DNA from: Candidatus Babeliales bacterium
Lineage (GTDB): Bacteria > Babelota > Babeliae > Babelales > JANWKD01
Reading direction: 5' to 3'
Length of the DNA stretch: 64,000 nucleotides
Assembly (NCBI GenBank): GCA_963701665.1
Contig: OY969622.1
Location: 1,184,001-1,248,000 of the forward strand
In this document: one piece after another, positions 61,453 to 64,000 of the stretch
Layout of the letters: each line of letters begins with the position of its first letter
How positions within the stretch are numbered: position 1 is the first letter of the stretch
Translations under genes and position numbers: made by a program
The notes under the pieces: model-generated
What the model was told of the DNA's origin: nothing
Database searches by the model: none
What the model saw: the letters and a program-made list of their open reading frames with translations, nothing else

Positions 61453-62712
61453 ATGAACCAAAATCCTGAAAGATTACCCTCATTACCGGGCGTTTACCTC
61501 TTCAAGCATGAAGATACCCTTCTTTATGTAGGTAAAGCAAAAAACCTCAAAAAACGCGTGTCTTCCTATTTCCAAAAGCAAAAAACTGATTGGAAAATCC
61601 AGGCACTCGTTGAGGAACATACCCATATTGAGCATATTGTCACACACAGTGAGACTGATGCCCTACTTCTTGAAGCCCAACTTATTCGAGCGCATAAGCC
61701 GAAATTCAACGTACTTCTTAAGAGTGGCCAACCGTTCGTTTACCTGCTTTTTACCCAAGAAGAACTCCCTCGTTTTGAACTCGTACGCAATAAAATGAAA
61801 AAGGGAATTTATTTTGGACCCTTTTTACATAAGGGCAAAGTACGCGCAGCGCATGCGTATCTCATGCGCTCGTTTCAACTAAGTTTGTGCTCAACTAAAA
61901 TTCAAAACGGGTGTCTCAATTTCCATGTGGGCAATTGCGCGGGCAATTGTTTGGCAAATTTTGATAAAGAAGCGTACGTTTTCCGCCTTTTTTTAGCACA
62001 AAATCTTTTAGAAGGTAATTATGCCGCTTCACTTAAATCGGTTAAAGAAAAAATTGCACAACACATCAAAGATTTAGAATTTGAAAAAGCGCATAATGTA
62101 CATCGCTATTTGCAAAATCTAGAAATCATTTTTGAGACCCTTAAAACTCGCTATTCACTTACCAAATATGAAAAAGATATCGCACTCGCTACCGCCCCTA
62201 TGCGCAGAATAAAAGAGGAAGATTTTGAAATTGGCAAAAAGGTACAGGAACTCTTTCATTTAGAAAAAGCGCCAGCTACCATCGATTGTTTTGATATTTC
62301 CCATTTTCAGAGTAGATATATTGTTGGCGCCTGCATCCGTTTTACCAATGGCGTACCCGATAAAAATAGTTTTAGACGTTTTAAAATTAGAACACTCAAA
62401 GAACAAAATGATTATGCAGCATTGCAAGAAGTCGTAACACGACGTTACAAAAATCCAGCAGAAATTCCTGATTTGATCGTCATTGATGGCGGTCTTGGCC
62501 AATTACATGCTATTGAAAAAATTCTACCGAATGCACAAATCATAAGCTTGGCAAAACGTGAAGAACTCGTTTTTAGCAAATCATTGACTGAACCAATTAA
62601 GCTTAGTTTACACTCTGAGGTAGGAAAATTAATTATCTCATTACGAGATTATTCACATCATTTTGCCATTAGTTATCATAAATTGTTGAGGTCAAAACAA
62701 ATGGCATCTTAA
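61453..62712 (+). CDS. uvrC: Excinuclease ABC subunit C, short form
   Basis: GIY-YIG (PGVYLF..LYVGKAKNLKKRVSSYF), UVR domain, DCFDISH, PDLIVIDGG, RDYSHHFA; no C-terminal HhH. Confidence 0.88.
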   Translation: MNQNPERLPSLPGVYLFKHEDTLLYVGKAKNLKKRVSSYFQKQKTDWKIQALVEEHTHIEHIVTHSETDALLLEAQLIRAHKPKFNVLLKSGQPFVYLLFTQEELPRFELVRNKMKKGIYFGPFLHKGKVRAAHAYLMRSFQLSLCSTKIQNGCLNFHVGNCAGNCLANFDKEAYVFRLFLAQNLLEGNYAASLKSVKEKIAQHIKDLEFEKAHNVHRYLQNLEIIFETLKTRYSLTKYEKDIALATAPMRRIKEEDFEIGKKVQELFHLEKAPATIDCFDISHFQSRYIVGACIRFTNGVPDKNSFRRFKIRTLKEQNDYAALQEVVTRRYKNPAEIPDLIVIDGGLGQLHAIEKILPNAQIISLAKREELVFSKSLTEPIKLSLHSEVGKLIISLRDYSHHFAISYHKLLRSKQMAS

Positions 62713-62728
62713 ATGTAAGGTGTACATT

Positions 62729-63928
62729 ATGAAGAAAACTTTTCTGCTCTTAGTACTTTTATCTATAGCTCATAGTTTTGGGAAACCAAAAGGATTAGAA
62801 AATTGTGGTGCTAGTTGTTATCTGAATGCCGCTACACAATCGCTCATTAATATCAAAGAACTTACCACTACAATTTTGAAATTAACTATAGAACCACAAC
62901 AGCTCTTTGCATTTGCCTATCAACAATTACTCATAAAAATCCAGACTACGACAGCGCCAAAGATAACCAATAGAGATCCAGCATTAGCAAATTATCAGAA
63001 CATAGGCACAGCTTTAATTGCAGAACAAACTCGACGAGCTCCTAATTCTCAAGAAGATGCTTCAGAATTTTTTGTATTAGCGCTTAACGCCCTTAAAAGT
63101 AGTTCTTTGGATTTAGATCAGCTTATTAGTAATTATTTTGGCTTTTTTCAAACAAAAAAGACTGCATGTCCAAACCCATATGATAAAACTCAAATCCTGA
63201 CGTATTACACACCAAGCCTCGAACAAGTAAAATTACAAAATCCAGAATATAATTTATCACTACCAATCGTTAGCTATAAAAGTGGTGATGCACCGCTAAA
63301 AACTCTAGATGCATGTTTGAGAGACTATTTTAGCGAAGAAATTTTTAATGATCCTACAAGTTACATTTCATTTCAAGGCACTGTGTCAGGATTAGAATTT
63401 TTAACAGATCAGCCACTTCCTAATTGCACCCAAAAAACATATTTGATTAATGCACCCGAAATAGTTCTTATTTCTTTGAAACGCACGGGGTGGGATATCA
63501 TAAAACAACAGCCCGTACGTTTTTCACATCAGGTTGCGATTCCTTCACTACTTTCTATAAGAGATTATATGAAAGAACAAGTTCGCGGAGAATCATACGA
63601 GTACACCCCCATTAATATAATTGTACAAACAGGCGGCGCTCAAGGTGGCCATTATCGGGCGTATATAAAAGATAACGGTAGTTGGTATGAATGTAATGAC
63701 CAATTTATTAATGAAGTACAGGGAACACCTGATAATCCCATCTCAGCACTCATGCAAAAAGATATTGATAACAATGCCTATGTTATTTTTTACAAAAAAA
63801 TTAACTTGTCAGAAGAACCTCAATGGGCACAAAAAATTCAAGAACTAAAAGAGGGTAAGCTAAAACAACAATTAACAAATTTAACGAATATATTAGACTT
63901 ATTACAAAAAAAATTGGCCTCCGAATAA
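62729..63928 (+). CDS. Exported USP/C19-family deubiquitinase
   Basis: Cys box GLENCGASCYLNA, QEDASEF, His box GGHYRAYIK..WYECND, AYVIFY; signal peptide. Confidence 0.9.
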   Translation: MKKTFLLLVLLSIAHSFGKPKGLENCGASCYLNAATQSLINIKELTTTILKLTIEPQQLFAFAYQQLLIKIQTTTAPKITNRDPALANYQNIGTALIAEQTRRAPNSQEDASEFFVLALNALKSSSLDLDQLISNYFGFFQTKKTACPNPYDKTQILTYYTPSLEQVKLQNPEYNLSLPIVSYKSGDAPLKTLDACLRDYFSEEIFNDPTSYISFQGTVSGLEFLTDQPLPNCTQKTYLINAPEIVLISLKRTGWDIIKQQPVRFSHQVAIPSLLSIRDYMKEQVRGESYEYTPINIIVQTGGAQGGHYRAYIKDNGSWYECNDQFINEVQGTPDNPISALMQKDIDNNAYVIFYKKINLSEEPQWAQKIQELKEGKLKQQLTNLTNILDLLQKKLASE

Positions 63929-64000
63929 TATTTTATATCTATGAATACCGATATTTTTACTAACGCCAGTACCGAACTCTTACACCAAGCCGCACGCATA

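Noticed and set aside
61453..62712. UvrC GIY-YIG domain as the mobiliser of the palindromic repeats
   Set aside because: It is a UvrC with UVR and RNase H-like domains, and no repeat copy flanks it.
63941..64000. ORF start MNTDIFTNASTELLHQAARI at the window end
   Set aside because: Too short to identify.

Overview
AT-rich bacterial chromosome segment. Gene content and style suggest an intracellular parasite of protists, most likely Candidatus Dependentiae/Babelota (TM6); this is inferred, not proven. Housekeeping genes (valS, tyrS, rlmB-like, ftsQ-like/ftsA/ftsZ, murJ, lolD-like, lon, atpD/atpC, pth, ompH, uvrC) are interspersed with many signal-peptide-bearing orphan or eukaryote-like proteins (F-box, ankyrin, USP deubiquitinase, PPP phosphatase, zinc finger, MutS-domain ATPase). 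Main unexplained signals: (1) a promoter-driven minus-strand RNA at about 45720-46060 that keeps the tmRNA helix-2 and pseudoknot ring and its signature sequences but has no tRNA-like domain and no free tag-coding region; (2) 16 unrelated exported proteins whose predicted mature N-terminus is Met-Glu or Met-Asp; (3) a multi-TM/degenerate sigma54-activator/HTH regulator divergent from a 39-aa pre-peptide, a candidate peptide signalling module; (4) a three-gene operon of large exported proteins with translocator-like hydrophobic segments and paralogous beta-rich domains, near PilO/PilP-like and M23 genes; (5) two further orphan structured RNA candidates; (6) seven co-oriented palindromic GTCAT...ATGAC repeats. 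No rRNA, tRNA, CRISPR array or transposase was recognised. All structures and alignments were done by eye.
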